From contig CAWGKG010000017.1 of NCBI GenBank assembly GCA_963823035.1, positions 128,001-192,000 of the forward strand: DNA of 64,000 nucleotides, in the 5' to 3' direction. Position 1 is the first letter of the stretch, and each line of letters begins with the position of its first letter. Below the pieces are notes generated by a model. The model saw only the letters and a program-made list of their open reading frames with translations. It ran no database searches and was not told the DNA's origin. The translations under genes and the position numbers were made by a program. Source of the DNA: an uncultured Gemmatimonadales bacterium (GTDB lineage Bacteria > Gemmatimonadota > Gemmatimonadetes > Longimicrobiales > Gaopeijiaceae). Shown here piece after piece: positions 1 to 11,222 of the stretch.

Positions 1-731
1 TGGTCCTGCACGCACCCACCCTGCACTGGAAGGACGTGGACCTGCGCGGCGCGCTCGCGCGGGAAATCGACGCGCCCGTGCACATCGAGCGCGACGCCGT
101 GGCCTGTGCGATGGCACGCATGTGGCTCGGACACGACAAGGGCGACGCCAGCAACAACTTCGTGTACCTCACCGTCTCCGACGGCGTGGGTACGGGCCTG
201 GTCGTGAACGGCGGCGTGCTGCGGGGAGCCTGGAGCACCGCCGGCGAGTTCGGACACGTACCGCTCAACCTCGAGGGACCCCTTTGCGCCTGCGGGGCGC
301 GGGGATGCCTGGAGGCCTACGCGTCGAATCCGGCCACGGTCGCCCGGTACATGGGCTGGGAGTTGGCCACCGCGGAAGACCATGCCGAGTTGCGGGCCAG
401 CGACATGGCCATCGGGGACGTGATCGCTCGCGCTCGCGCCGGCGACGCGGCCGCGACCTGGGCGCTCTGGGAGACCGGGCGCTGCCTCGGGATCGGCATC
501 GCCAACCTCATCAACTCCGTCAGCCCGGCGCTCGTGGTGATCGGTGGCGAGATCACCTCCGCGTGGGACCTGATCGAGCCGGCCGTCCGTGATTCGGTGC
601 GCGGCCGCTCGCTGACGGGCGTCTCCGCGGAGACGCCGCTGGCCATCGAGATGGACGAGGACCTCCTCCGCCTCAAGGGCGGCACGTGCCTCGTGCTCGC
701 TCCCGTTCTGGTCGCTCCCGAAGTGGCCTGA
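1..731 (+). CDS. ROK family transcriptional regulator/sugar kinase, 5' end outside the window
   Basis: ROK motifs DGVGTGLVVNG, GEFGH and CACGARGCLE (zinc site). The frame is open to the window edge. Lies directly upstream of the SusC/D locus. Confidence 0.85.
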   Translation, partial: VLHAPTLHWKDVDLRGALAREIDAPVHIERDAVACAMARMWLGHDKGDASNNFVYLTVSDGVGTGLVVNGGVLRGAWSTAGEFGHVPLNLEGPLCACGARGCLEAYASNPATVARYMGWELATAEDHAELRASDMAIGDVIARARAGDAAATWALWETGRCLGIGIANLINSVSPALVVIGGEITSAWDLIEPAVRDSVRGRSLTGVSAETPLAIEMDEDLLRLKGGTCLVLAPVLVAPEVA

Positions 732-795
732 TCGGCCCTTCGCTCCCCGACGTCGTCCGACCCCGGGATCGGCACGCCGGAGTCCGCCTGACCGG

Positions 796-839
796 ATAAA
801 GTAAATTCTATTGACAAAATCGGATTTGAACTTTAATTC
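796..839 (+). promoter_or_regulatory. Probable sigma70 promoter of the starch locus with a possible ROK operator
   Basis: AT-rich island ATAAAGTAAATTCTATTGACAAAATCGGATTTGAACTTTAATTC in GC-rich DNA. Perfect TTGACA at 811-816, TTTAAT/TAATT about 15-17 nt downstream, and imperfect dyad symmetry across the -35. Confidence 0.6.
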
Positions 840-947
840 GAGGACACGCAAACGCGGGTTCGGGTCGAGCCGTCCGGTTACGTCTTCCCCCCACCGACCC
901 GCATCCGGCCGGGGGCCGTCGCGGCCCCCACAGCTCGAGGAAACGGC

Positions 948-3900
948 ATGGGACGTCGACTACAGTACCTGACCGGTGCGCTCCTGGCGGTCCTTTGGTG
1001 GGCCCCGCTCGGCGCACAACAATCCACCGGCACCATCGTCGGCCACGTCACCGACGGTGCCACGCAGCAGGGTCTCTCGGGAGTCACCGTTCAGATCGGC
1101 AACCGTGGGGCCCTGACCCAGAACGACGGTCGCTACATCATCCCGGGGGTGCCCGCGGGGACGTACGAGCTGCGCACGACGATGATCGGCTACGCGGAGG
1201 CCACGCAGTCCGTCACGGTCCAGGCCGGCCAGACGGTGACCGTGGACGTGCCGATGGCTTCGCAGGCGCTGAACCTGGCGGAGATCGTCGTCATCGCGTA
1301 CGGCCAGCAGCGCGCGGGCAACCTGACCGGCTCCGTGAAGCAGGTCACACCCGAAGAGTTCAACAAGGGGCGCATCGTCACGCCGCAGCAGCTCATCCAG
1401 AGCAAGGTGGCGGGCGTCCAGATCGTGGACAGCAACGAGCCGGGCGGCGGCAGCGCCATCCGGATCCGCGGCGCGACCTCGATCAACGCGAGCAGTGACC
1501 CTCTCGTGGTCATCGACGGCATGCCCGTGGGCACGGGCGCCGGAGGCGGCCTCTCGGACGGACGTGACGCGCTCAACTTCCTGAACCCCAACGAGATCGA
1601 GAGCATCACGGTCCTCAAGGACGCCTCTGCCGCGGCGCTGTACGGCGCCAACGCGGCCAACGGCGTGCTGATCATCACGACGAAGAAGGGCGCGGAGCGG
1701 CCGCAGCTCGAGTACTCCGGCAGCGTATCGGCTTCCAGGGTCACGCGCCTGCCCGACATGCTGAGCGCGGATCAGTTCCGCACGGCGGTCCAGCAGTACG
1801 CACCGCAGAACGCGGGCCAGCTCGGATCGGCGAACACGAACTGGTTCGACCTCGTCGACCGCACCGGCATCGGCCAGGAGCACAACATCGCGGTGTCCGG
1901 AAGGGGCACGGCGATGGACTACCGCTTCTCCGTCGGCTACCTGAACCAGCGCGGCATCATCGACGGCACGAAGCTCGAGCGGCTCTCGGTCGGGATGAAC
2001 TACGACCAGCGCCTCCTCGACGACCGCCTCGACATCAAGGCGAACATCAAGGCGTCCCGCGCCGACAACCGCTACACGCCGGGGGGCGTGATCTCGAACG
2101 CCGCCCAGTTCGGTCCGACGCAGCCCATCATGGATGCAACGAACCCGACGGGCTACTACGAGTGGCCCGGCAACACGCTGCAGTCGCCGGACAATCCCCT
2201 GGCTGTGCTGAACCTGGCCACCGACCGGGGCACGACGGAGCGGAGCATCGGCAACCTCCAGGCCTCGTACGACCTCCCGTTCTTGACCGCCCTGAAGGCG
2301 AACGTGAACCTCGGCTACGACATCACGCAGGCCGAGCGCGAGACCTTCAGCCCGAGCAACCTGCACAGCCAGCTCAAGTCGGGTGGGGGCGGCACCGTCT
2401 ACCGCCGCAACCCCTCGGTCGCGAATACCGTGCTGGAGACGTACCTCAACTACGCGTCGCCCCTGAACGTCGCCCCGGGGCGCGTGGACCTGACGGCGGG
2501 CTACTCGTACTCGCAGTCGCACGCCAAGAACCCCTGGTTCCAGGCGTCCGGTCTCAGCACCAACCTCCTCGGGGACAACGGGATCCCCGGTGCGAAGACC
2601 GTGCAGAACCAGCAGGACATCCAGGACAGCCGGTTGATCTCCTTCTTCGGCCGGCTGAACTACAACCTGAACGACGAGTACCTGGTGGCGCTCAGCGTCC
2701 GGCGCGACGGGTCTTCCCGCTTCGGTGAGGCCAACGCCTGGGGCGTGTTCCCCGCGGTCGCCCTCGCATGGCGCATCTCGCAGCAGCCTTTCCTGCAGGA
2801 CATCGAGGCCCTCTCGGACCTCAAGCTGCGCGCCTCGTGGGGCAAGACGGGCAACCAGGCTTTCGCGAACTACCAGCAGTACTCGACCTACCTCGTCGGT
2901 GACGCGCAGACGCAGTACCAGTTCGGCAGATGAGTACGTCACCACCATCCGCCCGAGCGCGTCCGACCCGGACATCAAGTGGGAGGAGACCAAGTCCTGG
3001 GACGTCGGTCTCGACTACGGGTTCATGGACCAGCGGTTCACCGGGGCCGATCGACTGGTACAGCAAGGACACCAAGGACCTGATCTTCACGGTGCCCGTG
3101 GCCGCCGGCACGAACCTCTCCAACTACCTGACCACCAACATCGGCAGCATGAAGAACTCGGGCCTCGAGCTCAGCCTGAGCGCCGACATCCTTCGCGGCG
3201 AGTCCGGCGGCCTGAGTTGGACCGGCGTCTTCAACGCGTCGCACAACACGAACGAGCTGGTCAGCATCAACCCCTTCGCGGGCGAGTCGCAGCAGATCCT
3301 GACCGGCCTCGTCTCGGGCGGCGTCGGCACCTACATCCAGGTCTACCAGCCAGGCGTGCCGATCAACTCGTTCTACGTCTATCAGCACAAGATGAGGAAC
3401 GGGAAGCCCATCTACGAGGACAACAACGGGCTCGACTCCGAGGGGCACTTCACGGGCCAGCCGGACGGCACCATCAACGAGCAGGACCTCTACGTGGACG
3501 TCAACGGGGACGGCGTCATCAACGTCTCCGACCGCCGGGCGTACAACGATCCCTCGCCCAAGTGGATCTTCGGCCACACGTCGAACCTGACGTACGGCAA
3601 CTTCGACCTCGCGCTCACGCTGCGTGCGTACGTCGGGAACTGGGTCTACAACAACGTGGCCTCGAACCTGGGCACGTATGCGGAAGTGACCCGCGCCTCC
3701 CCGTACAACCTCCACGCGTCGGTGCTCGAGACCGGCTTCGAGACGCCGCAGTACCTGTCGGACTATTACGTGGAGGACGGGTCGTTCCTCCGGATGGACG
3801 ACATCACGGTCGGATACTCTTTCGACTACCAGGGACGTCCGCTTCGCCTCTACGGGACCGTGCAGAGCGCGTTCACGTTGACCGGCTACAGCGGCGTCGA

Positions 3901-3985
3901 CCCGACCGCGGGGCTGAACGGCCTCGACAACAACATCTACCCGCGCTCACGCACCTTCACGGGTGGGCTGAGCGTCCGCTTCTGA
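948..3985 (+). CDS. susC: SusC/RagA-type TonB-dependent outer-membrane transporter (frameshifts near 2928 and 3046)
   Basis: Signal peptide, carboxypeptidase-regulatory-like N-domain, plug motif IESITVLKDASAAALYGANAANGVLIITTKKG, RRDGSSRFG, IKWEETKS and C-terminal Phe (GLSVRF). Split over ORFs 948-2933, 2725-4029 (short middle part) and 2930-3985. Confidence 0.92.
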
Positions 3986-4025
3986 GCGCGGCCATGGATT
4001 CGACCATTCGAGAAGGGACGGGGAC

Positions 4026-5603
4026 ATGAACATGACACTACGCAAGGTGCTCGGCGCCGCCGTCGGCCTCGTGCTCGTCGCCACGGCCGCGTGCACCGAC
4101 ACGGTGGTGCAACCGAAGAGCACCATCACCGACGCCAACGTATTCAACGATCCGAGCTCGTACCGGGCGTTCATCGCGAAGGTCTACGCGGGGCTCGCCG
4201 TGAGCGGGCAGCAGGGTGCGGCCGGTCAGCCGGACATCCAGGGGATCGACGAAGGGTTCTCGCAGTACCTGCGCCTCCTGTGGGAGGCGCAGGAGTTGCC
4301 GACGGACGAGGCCGTAATCGGCTGGGGCGACATCGGGCTGCCCGAGATGAACACGCAGCTCTGGGCCTCCGACAACTCGTTCGTGGTGGCCATGTACTAC
4401 CGGATCTTCTTCCAGGTGGGGATGGCGAACGAGTTCCTGCGCGAGACGACGGACGCGAAGCTGGACGCCCGGGGTGCGACGTCCGCGCTCAAGGGCCAGG
4501 TCGCGCAGTACCGCGCGGAGGCCCGCTTCCTGCGTGCGCTCAGCTATTGGCACGCGATCGACCTCTTCGGGAACGTTCCGCTCGTGACCGAGGACGATCC
4601 GCTCGGCTCCACGCCGCCCATGCAGTCCACGCGGCAGGAGATCTACGACTACGTCGTGAGCGAGCTGGAGGACATCAAGGGTGAGCTGCCCGCCCCCGGC
4701 GCGTCCACGTACGGACGCGCGACCGGCCCGGCGGCGTCCATGCTGCTGGCCAAGCTCTACATGAACGCCGAGGTCTACACCGGCACGGCGAACTGGAGCA
4801 GCGCGCTCACCGCCATCCAGGACGTCATCAACTCGGGCGCCTATTCGCTGGATCCGAAGTATCGGCACATCTTCATGGCCGACAACAACACCTCGCCCGA
4901 GATCATCTTCCCGATCACGCAGGACGGGCTGAAGACGCAGACGTGGGGCGGCGTGACCTTCATCATCCACGCCTCCTGCGGCGGCAGCATGGCCAACCTC
5001 GACTACGGGATCGACGGGTGCTGGTGGGGCATCCGGCTGAAGCAGCAGGCCTACAACCTCTTCGCCGCAGACGATCCGCGCAGATCGTACTTCTACACGA
5101 CGGACCAGGCGGTCGACGTCTCCAGCATCGGCGACTGGGCGAAGGGCATCGCCGCGCCGAAGTTCACCAACGTGACGTCGGGGGGGCAGATCGGCTCGCA
5201 CAAGACGCACGTCGACACGGACTTCCCCGTGTTCCGTCTCGGTGACGCCTACCTCATGTACGCCGAAGCCGTGCTACGTGGCGGCGGCGGCAGCCGGGCG
5301 CAGGCGCTCACCTACGTGAACGCGCTGCGTGAGCGCGCCTACGGGGACGCGAGCGCGGACATCACCGACGCCGAGCTCACCCTGCCGTTCATCCTCGATG
5401 AGCGCGGCCGCGAGCTGCTGTGGGAGGGCCACCGCCGGACCGACCTGATCCGCTTCGGGCTCTTCACCGGCGGGGACTATCTGTGGGCCTGGAAGGGCGG
5501 CGGGGAGAACGGCACGGCCACCCAGGCGTTCCGTGATCTCTATCCGCTGCCGGCGTCGGAGCTCGTGGCCAACCCGAACCTGACGCAGAACGCGGGCTAC
5601 TGA
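4026..5603 (+). CDS. susD: SusD/RagB nutrient-binding lipoprotein
   Basis: Lipobox TAAC, AEARFLRALSYW, FGNVP, ERGRELLWEGHRRTDLIRF and NPNLTQNAGY terminus. Directly follows SusC. Confidence 0.93.
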   Translation: MNMTLRKVLGAAVGLVLVATAACTDTVVQPKSTITDANVFNDPSSYRAFIAKVYAGLAVSGQQGAAGQPDIQGIDEGFSQYLRLLWEAQELPTDEAVIGWGDIGLPEMNTQLWASDNSFVVAMYYRIFFQVGMANEFLRETTDAKLDARGATSALKGQVAQYRAEARFLRALSYWHAIDLFGNVPLVTEDDPLGSTPPMQSTRQEIYDYVVSELEDIKGELPAPGASTYGRATGPAASMLLAKLYMNAEVYTGTANWSSALTAIQDVINSGAYSLDPKYRHIFMADNNTSPEIIFPITQDGLKTQTWGGVTFIIHASCGGSMANLDYGIDGCWWGIRLKQQAYNLFAADDPRRSYFYTTDQAVDVSSIGDWAKGIAAPKFTNVTSGGQIGSHKTHVDTDFPVFRLGDAYLMYAEAVLRGGGGSRAQALTYVNALRERAYGDASADITDAELTLPFILDERGRELLWEGHRRTDLIRFGLFTGGDYLWAWKGGGENGTATQAFRDLYPLPASELVANPNLTQNAGY

Positions 5604-5657
5604 CGAGGAACCGCGAACGGGTTACCGCCCCCGACGCATGAGAGAGGATGGAGACTC

Positions 5658-7718
5658 TTGAAGAAGCACATGGTTCGCTGGACCACCCGCCTGGCGGTCG
5701 CGTGGACGGCCGGGACGCTGTTCACGACGGCGGCGTGCGCCCAGCAGCCCCTGCAGGTGGCCTCGCCCGACGGTCGCACCGTGGTCACGGTGGCGACGCA
5801 GGACGGAGCGCTGGCCTACAGCGTGGACCGGGACGGGAGGGCGCTGCTCCTCCCGTCCCGGCTCGGCTTCGAGTTCAGGGGCGCCGCGCCCCTGCGTGAC
5901 GGGCTGCGCGTCACCGGCTCCCGACGCGCTTCGGCCGACACGACGTGGCAGCAGCCGTGGGGCCAGGTGGCGCAGGTCCGCGACCACCACAACGAGCTCG
6001 AGGTGTCCGTGGAGGAGAGCGGCGCGCCGCGCCGCCGGTTCCAGGTCGTCTTCCGTGTGTTCGACGATGGGATCGGCTTCCGCTACGTGCTCCCCGCGCA
6101 GCCGGCCCTCGACACCTTCGCGATCCAGGAGGAGCTCACGGAGTTCTCCTTCGCGGGGAACGCGAAGGCGTGGTGGATCCCGTCCGACAAGCCGCGCATG
6201 GACCGCTCCGAGATGCTGTACTCGGAGTCTCCTCTGAGCCTGCTGGACAGCATCCAGACGCCCGTGACGCTGGAGAGCCGTGACGAGCACACGTTCATGG
6301 TCATCCACGAGGCCGACCTGGTCGACTATCCCCGCATGTTCCTCGCGGGAACGGAGTTGGAAGGCCGGCGACTGAAAGCGGCGTTGGCGCCGATGCACGA
6401 CGGGGTGAAGGCCCGGGGCCACACGCCGTTCTCCACCCCCTGGAGGACGATCCAGATCGCGGATCGTGTCGAGGATCTCGTCCCGTCGGTCCTGGGGCTG
6501 AACCTGAACCCGCCCAGCGTCATCGAGGACACAGACTGGATCCATCCGATGAAGTACGTCGGGATCTGGTGGGGGATGCACCTCGGCACGATGACGTGGA
6601 GCTCGGGCCCCAAGCACGGTGCCACCACGGCCAACACCCGCCGCTACATCGACTTCGCCGCAGCCAACGGCTTCGGCGGGGTCCTCGTGGAGGGGTGGAA
6701 CATCGGGTGGGACGGCGACTGGATCGCGAACGGCGGCGTGTTCTCGTTCACCGAGCCGTACCCGGACTACGACCTCCGCGGACTGGCGGCGTACGCGCGG
6801 GAGAAGGGCGTCGGGCTCATCGCGCACAACGAGACGTCGGGCGGGATCTGGAACTACGAGAGCCAGATGGACTCGGCCTTCTCGCTCTACGAGTCGCTGG
6901 GGATCCACGCGATCAAGTCGGGCTACGTGACCGACACGCTACGCAACGGCGACTCGCACTACTCGCAGACGATGGTCCGCCACCATCGCCTGGTGCTGGA
7001 GAAGGCGGCCGAGCACCACATCATGATGGACGTGCACGAGCCGATCCACGACACGGGCGAGCGGCGCACGTACCCGAACATGATGACCCGTGAGGGCTCG
7101 CGCGGGCAGGAATACAACGCGTGGTCGGGAGACGGCGGCAACCCGCCGGAGCACGAGACCATCCTCTTCTTCACGCGGTTGATTCCGGGACCGATGGACT
7201 TCACGCCCGGCATCTTCGACATCCTCGAGGCTTCGGCCAACGGCCACCCGCGCTCGCCGGACCAACCGCGCGTCCGCACGACGCTGGCGAAGCAGCTCGC
7301 CCTCTATGTGGTGATCTGGTCGCCGGTGCAGATGGCGGCCGACCTCATCGAGAACTACGAGGACCGGCCCGCCTTCCAGTTCATTCGCGACGTGCCGGTC
7401 GACTGGGAGCAGACGAAGGTCCTGCAGGGACGCATCGGCGACTACGTGGTCGTGGCGCGCCAGGAGCGGGGGGGCGACGACTGGTACGTCGGCGCGATCA
7501 CGGACGAGGAGGCACGGACCTTCGAGGTCCCGCTCGACTTCCTTCCGGCCGGCAAGCGCTACGTCGCCGAGATCTACGCCGACGGGGCGGGCGCCGACTG
7601 GCTCACCAACCCCCTCCCGGTGGACATCTCGAGCCAGGACGTCGACGCAGGCACCACGCTGACGCTCCGACTCGCCCCGGGCGGCGGCCAGGCCATCCGC
7701 ATCCGGGCGGCCGGGTGA
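5658..7718 (+). CDS. Glycoside hydrolase family 97 (SusB-like alpha-glucosidase)
   Basis: Signal peptide, FRVFDDGIGFRY, KYVGIWWGMH, LVEGWNIGW, HNET, RTYPN, GPMDFTPG and TTLAKQLALYVV. Confidence 0.92.
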   Translation: MKKHMVRWTTRLAVAWTAGTLFTTAACAQQPLQVASPDGRTVVTVATQDGALAYSVDRDGRALLLPSRLGFEFRGAAPLRDGLRVTGSRRASADTTWQQPWGQVAQVRDHHNELEVSVEESGAPRRRFQVVFRVFDDGIGFRYVLPAQPALDTFAIQEELTEFSFAGNAKAWWIPSDKPRMDRSEMLYSESPLSLLDSIQTPVTLESRDEHTFMVIHEADLVDYPRMFLAGTELEGRRLKAALAPMHDGVKARGHTPFSTPWRTIQIADRVEDLVPSVLGLNLNPPSVIEDTDWIHPMKYVGIWWGMHLGTMTWSSGPKHGATTANTRRYIDFAAANGFGGVLVEGWNIGWDGDWIANGGVFSFTEPYPDYDLRGLAAYAREKGVGLIAHNETSGGIWNYESQMDSAFSLYESLGIHAIKSGYVTDTLRNGDSHYSQTMVRHHRLVLEKAAEHHIMMDVHEPIHDTGERRTYPNMMTREGSRGQEYNAWSGDGGNPPEHETILFFTRLIPGPMDFTPGIFDILEASANGHPRSPDQPRVRTTLAKQLALYVVIWSPVQMAADLIENYEDRPAFQFIRDVPVDWEQTKVLQGRIGDYVVVARQERGGDDWYVGAITDEEARTFEVPLDFLPAGKRYVAEIYADGAGADWLTNPLPVDISSQDVDAGTTLTLRLAPGGGQAIRIRAAG

Positions 7719-7743
7719 GCCTGCGCCTCGACCGCACGACTCG

Positions 7744-8775
7744 ATGACGACCCGGCGCACGAAGGCGCGGGCGGCCGTGGACGACGCGGCCGCGGGCGCG
7801 CGGGTGGTCGCCGACATCGGCGGCACCAACGCCCGGTTCGCCACGCTGACGCCCTCGGGGGGCCTCGAAGGTATCGAGGTCATGGCCTGCGCCGACTTCC
7901 CGTGCATCGAAGACGCGATCGGCGCCTACTTCCGCAGCCATGACGTCCGCCGACCGAGCCAGGTCTGTCTCGCCGTGGCCGGACCCGTGGACCAGGACCC
8001 CGTAGAACTGCCGAACAACCACTGGGCGTTCAGCCGCCACGAGCTGGAGCGGGAGCTGGGTGCGCCGCTGACGCTCATCAACGATTTCACGGCGCAGGCG
8101 CTGAGCATCGACCTCCTCGGCGAGGGCGACCTGACCTGGATCGGGATACCCCGCCTTCACGAGGTGGGCTGCCGCGTGGTGGTCGGTCCGGGCACGGGGC
8201 TGGGGGTCGCCATCCAGGTCCCCGGCGGCGAGGTCATCCCGTCCGAGGGCGGCCACGTCGGCTTCACGCCCACCAGCGACCACGAGATCGACCTTCTGCG
8301 CACGCTGCGTACGCGCTTCCGGAGGGTGTCGGCGGAGAGGCTCCTCTCCGGGCCCGGGCTGGAGAACCTCTACTGGGCGAACTGGCACCTGAAGCGCGAC
8401 TCCACCGAGTCCGCGTGGACCCCGGTCCCCGCACGAGAGGTCGCGGCGATGGCGGCGCGGGGAGAGCCCCTCGCGCTGCAGGCGATCGAGGACTTCCTCG
8501 ACATCCTCGCCACCTTCGCGGGCGACCTGGCGCTGACGGCCTGGGCGACCGGCGGCGTCTTCCTGTCCGGAGGCATCCTCCCGAAGCTCGGCGCCCTCTT
8601 CGACCTGGAGAGGTTCCGCAACCGCTTCGAGGACAAGGGCCGCTTCACCCGCTTCTGCGAGACGGTTCCCATCGGCTGGATCCGCTTCGAGCATCCCGGG
8701 CCTTCTGGGCTGCGCGGCCGCGCTGCTGGGGAAGGACGGCAGCCTGCCCGCCGCGGGCGCCGCGTGCCCGTGTGA
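7744..8775 (+). CDS. glk: Glucokinase, E. coli Glk type (C-terminus probably frameshifted near 8700)
   Basis: [39 protein letters not shown] and GGVFLSGGI. Confidence 0.88.
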   Translation: MTTRRTKARAAVDDAAAGARVVADIGGTNARFATLTPSGGLEGIEVMACADFPCIEDAIGAYFRSHDVRRPSQVCLAVAGPVDQDPVELPNNHWAFSRHELERELGAPLTLINDFTAQALSIDLLGEGDLTWIGIPRLHEVGCRVVVGPGTGLGVAIQVPGGEVIPSEGGHVGFTPTSDHEIDLLRTLRTRFRRVSAERLLSGPGLENLYWANWHLKRDSTESAWTPVPAREVAAMAARGEPLALQAIEDFLDILATFAGDLALTAWATGGVFLSGGILPKLGALFDLERFRNRFEDKGRFTRFCETVPIGWIRFEHPGPSGLRGRAAGEGRQPARRGRRVPV

Positions 8776-8787
8776 AGGGAAGATCTC

Positions 8788-10454
8788 GTGAGCCGAGCGG
8801 CCCCGATCGCCCCGGTCGCGGTGCTGGTCGCTCCTCGCGGCCTCGGCGTGCGCACCCGCGCGAGCCGGCGGCCGAGACGGCGGAAGGCTCCGCCACCGAG
8901 CTCGCCGACGATTGGCGGGACGGCGGCGTCTGCTACGAGATCTTCGTGCGCTCCTTCTACGACAGCGACGGGGACGGGATCGGCGACCTGCAGGGCCTCA
9001 TCCGGCAAGCTCGACTACATCAACGACGGCGACGACGCCACGGACGGCGATCTGGGCGCGCGCTGCATCTGGCTGATGCCCATCTCCCCTTCCCCCAGCT
9101 ACCACGGCTACGACGTCACGGACTACTACGGCGTCAACCCGGACTACGGCACGGTCGAGGACTTCACGGACGTTCGTGGCCGCCGCGCACCGAGCGGGGC
9201 ATCCGCGTGCTCGTCGACCTGGTGCCCAACCACACCTCGAACCGAGCATCCGTGGTTCCAGGACGCGCTGCGCGACCCGAACTCGCCCTATCGGCGCTAC
9301 TACCGCTGGTCGGACGACGCCCGGGCCGGACAACGAGTGGGGCGACAACGACTGGCGCCGCTCTCCCGTGCGCGACGAGTACTACTACGGCTTCTTCTCC
9401 CCCGTCATGCCCGACCTGAACTGGGCGTCGCCCGAGGTCGATGCGAGGAGATGGAGCGCGTCGCCGACTTCTGGCTCCGGGACATGGGCGTGGACGGATT
9501 CCGCCTGGACGCGGTGCGCCACCTGGTGGAGGGAGACGACGGACGGGCGGCGAACGTCGCGGCCACGCACGACGTGCTGCGCGACCTACGAGGCGCACAT
9601 CCGGGCGGTCGCGCCCCGACGCGTTCACCGTCGGCGAGGTGTTCGACAGCACCGACGTGCTCATGTCGTACTACCCCGACCAGCTCGACGCGTACTTCGC
9701 CTTCCAGGTGGCGAACGCCATCGTCGCGTCGGTGAACGAGGGGCGCGCCGGCAACCTCACGGCCTCGGTGCTGGAGCTCCAGAGCAGGGTGCCGAACGAC
9801 CGCTGGGCGCCTTTCCTGCGCAATCACGACCAGACGCGCACGATGACGGAGCTGCACGGGGACGTGGCGCGCGCCAAGCTGGCGGCCAGCCTCCTGCTCA
9901 CACTCCCCGGCGTGCCCTTCCTGTACTACGGAGAGGAGATCGGGATGAGCGGCGCCAAGCCCGATCCGCGTCTGCGCACGCCCATGCAGTGGACCCGCGA
10001 GCGCGCGGCCGGCTTCACCACCGGATCGCCGTGGGAGCCGCTCCAGGCCGACTCCTTCACCGCGAACGTGTCGGTGGAGGACGCCGACCCCGGATCGCTC
10101 CTCAACCACTACCGCCGCCTCGTCCACCTGCGCGCCGCCACGCCTGCCCTGGGCTCCGGGAAGCTCGTCCCGCTGGACGCCGGCACGGACCAGGTGGTGG
10201 CCTGGCTGCGCGAGGCGGACGAGGACCTCGCCCTCGTGGTCGCGAACCTCGGCGACTCCGAGGTGCGCGGCGTCACGCTCTCCTCCTCGGACGCGACGCT
10301 GCCGGCCGGGCGCTACGCCGCATCCATGCTGCTCGGCGCCGGCACGCCGCCCCGGCTGTCGGTCGGTGGGGACGGGCGGGTGCGGGGCTATGCGCCGCTT
10401 CCCTCGCTGGCGGCTCGGACGGCCTACGTCATCCGGCTGACGGCGGGCGGGTAG
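8788..10454 (+). CDS. GH13 alpha-amylase/alpha-glucosidase, probable lipoprotein (multiple frameshifts)
   Basis: Motifs spread across frames: [73 protein letters not shown] and YYGEEIGM. Start position approximate. Confidence 0.88.
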
Positions 10455-10487
10455 GTAGGCGGATCCGCAGCCGTCGACGCCGACGCG

Positions 10488-11054
10488 CTACCCTTCGGCC
10501 GCGCGTAGCTCGATCCGGTATCGGCACCGGGCCCCACCCCGCAGGATCGACTCGACCACCTCCGCGCGGACCGGGCCTCCCGTCACGGTCGAGAACATCC
10601 TCCTGGCGAACCCCTCCGAGCAGGAGCAGAGCGCGCCCAACGCGTCCCCGTGATCGTCCGGTACCAGCGGGCACACGCACCGGTCCTTGTTCTCGTTCGC
10701 CAACACGACGCCGGATACCGTGTCGTGCTCGACGATCCACCCCCACTCGGAGCGCAGGAAGGCGAGGAACGAAGGGAGGTCGCCGCGGAAGGGGGCCAGC
10801 GTCGCGTCCATGTCCAACTGCTCGTAGTGGGACGCGGAGCACCGTCCGAGCACTTCTCTCGCCTCGTCGGCATCGAGGCCGGCGAGCGCCGGGAGCAGGG
10901 TGGCGATCCACCTCCGCGGCAGGTCGGGCGGTTCGGCGTCCGCGGGCTCGGCCGCGTCGGCTCGGCCGGCCCCGGCGCACGCACCGATCCCGGCGAAGCA
11001 CGCCGTCCTGAGAAACGCCCTGCGCCCCGCTTCGGACACCCGGTCGGGCTTCAT
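10488..11054 (-). CDS. Tat-signal Cys-rich protein of unknown function (DUF6144-like)
   Basis: GRRAFL twin-arginine motif plus hydrophobic stretch. Cys motifs CVCP, CSCSEG and GGARCRY. RBS GGAGG upstream. Confidence 0.65.
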   Translation of the reverse strand: MKPDRVSEAGRRAFLRTACFAGIGACAGAGRADAAEPADAEPPDLPRRWIATLLPALAGLDADEAREVLGRCSASHYEQLDMDATLAPFRGDLPSFLAFLRSEWGWIVEHDTVSGVVLANENKDRCVCPLVPDDHGDALGALCSCSEGFARRMFSTVTGGPVRAEVVESILRGGARCRYRIELRAAEG

Positions 11055-11222
11055 GTCGCCTCCTCGTCACCCCCTCCTACGAAGATCCCGAAAGGGAGCA
11101 CCCGGCGCCAGCCGTCGTCCGCTGGAGGAGTGTTGGAAGGCGACCTCCCGTGCGCATCTTCGGGCATGCGCGCAGCAGACTCTCCCACCGCCGAGCCCGG
11201 CCCTCCCGGACGGGAGTCGCCC

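Noticed and set aside
960..2993. Long antisense and alternate-frame ORFs (also 14015-16516, 42196-44706, 50919-52889, 59423-61762)
   Set aside because: Shadow ORFs expected at high GC opposite real genes. No recognisable motifs.
8788..10454. Programmed frameshifting or phase variation in the broken genes
   Set aside because: Indels are numerous and scattered, and are not at long homopolymers, simple repeats or slippery heptamers.
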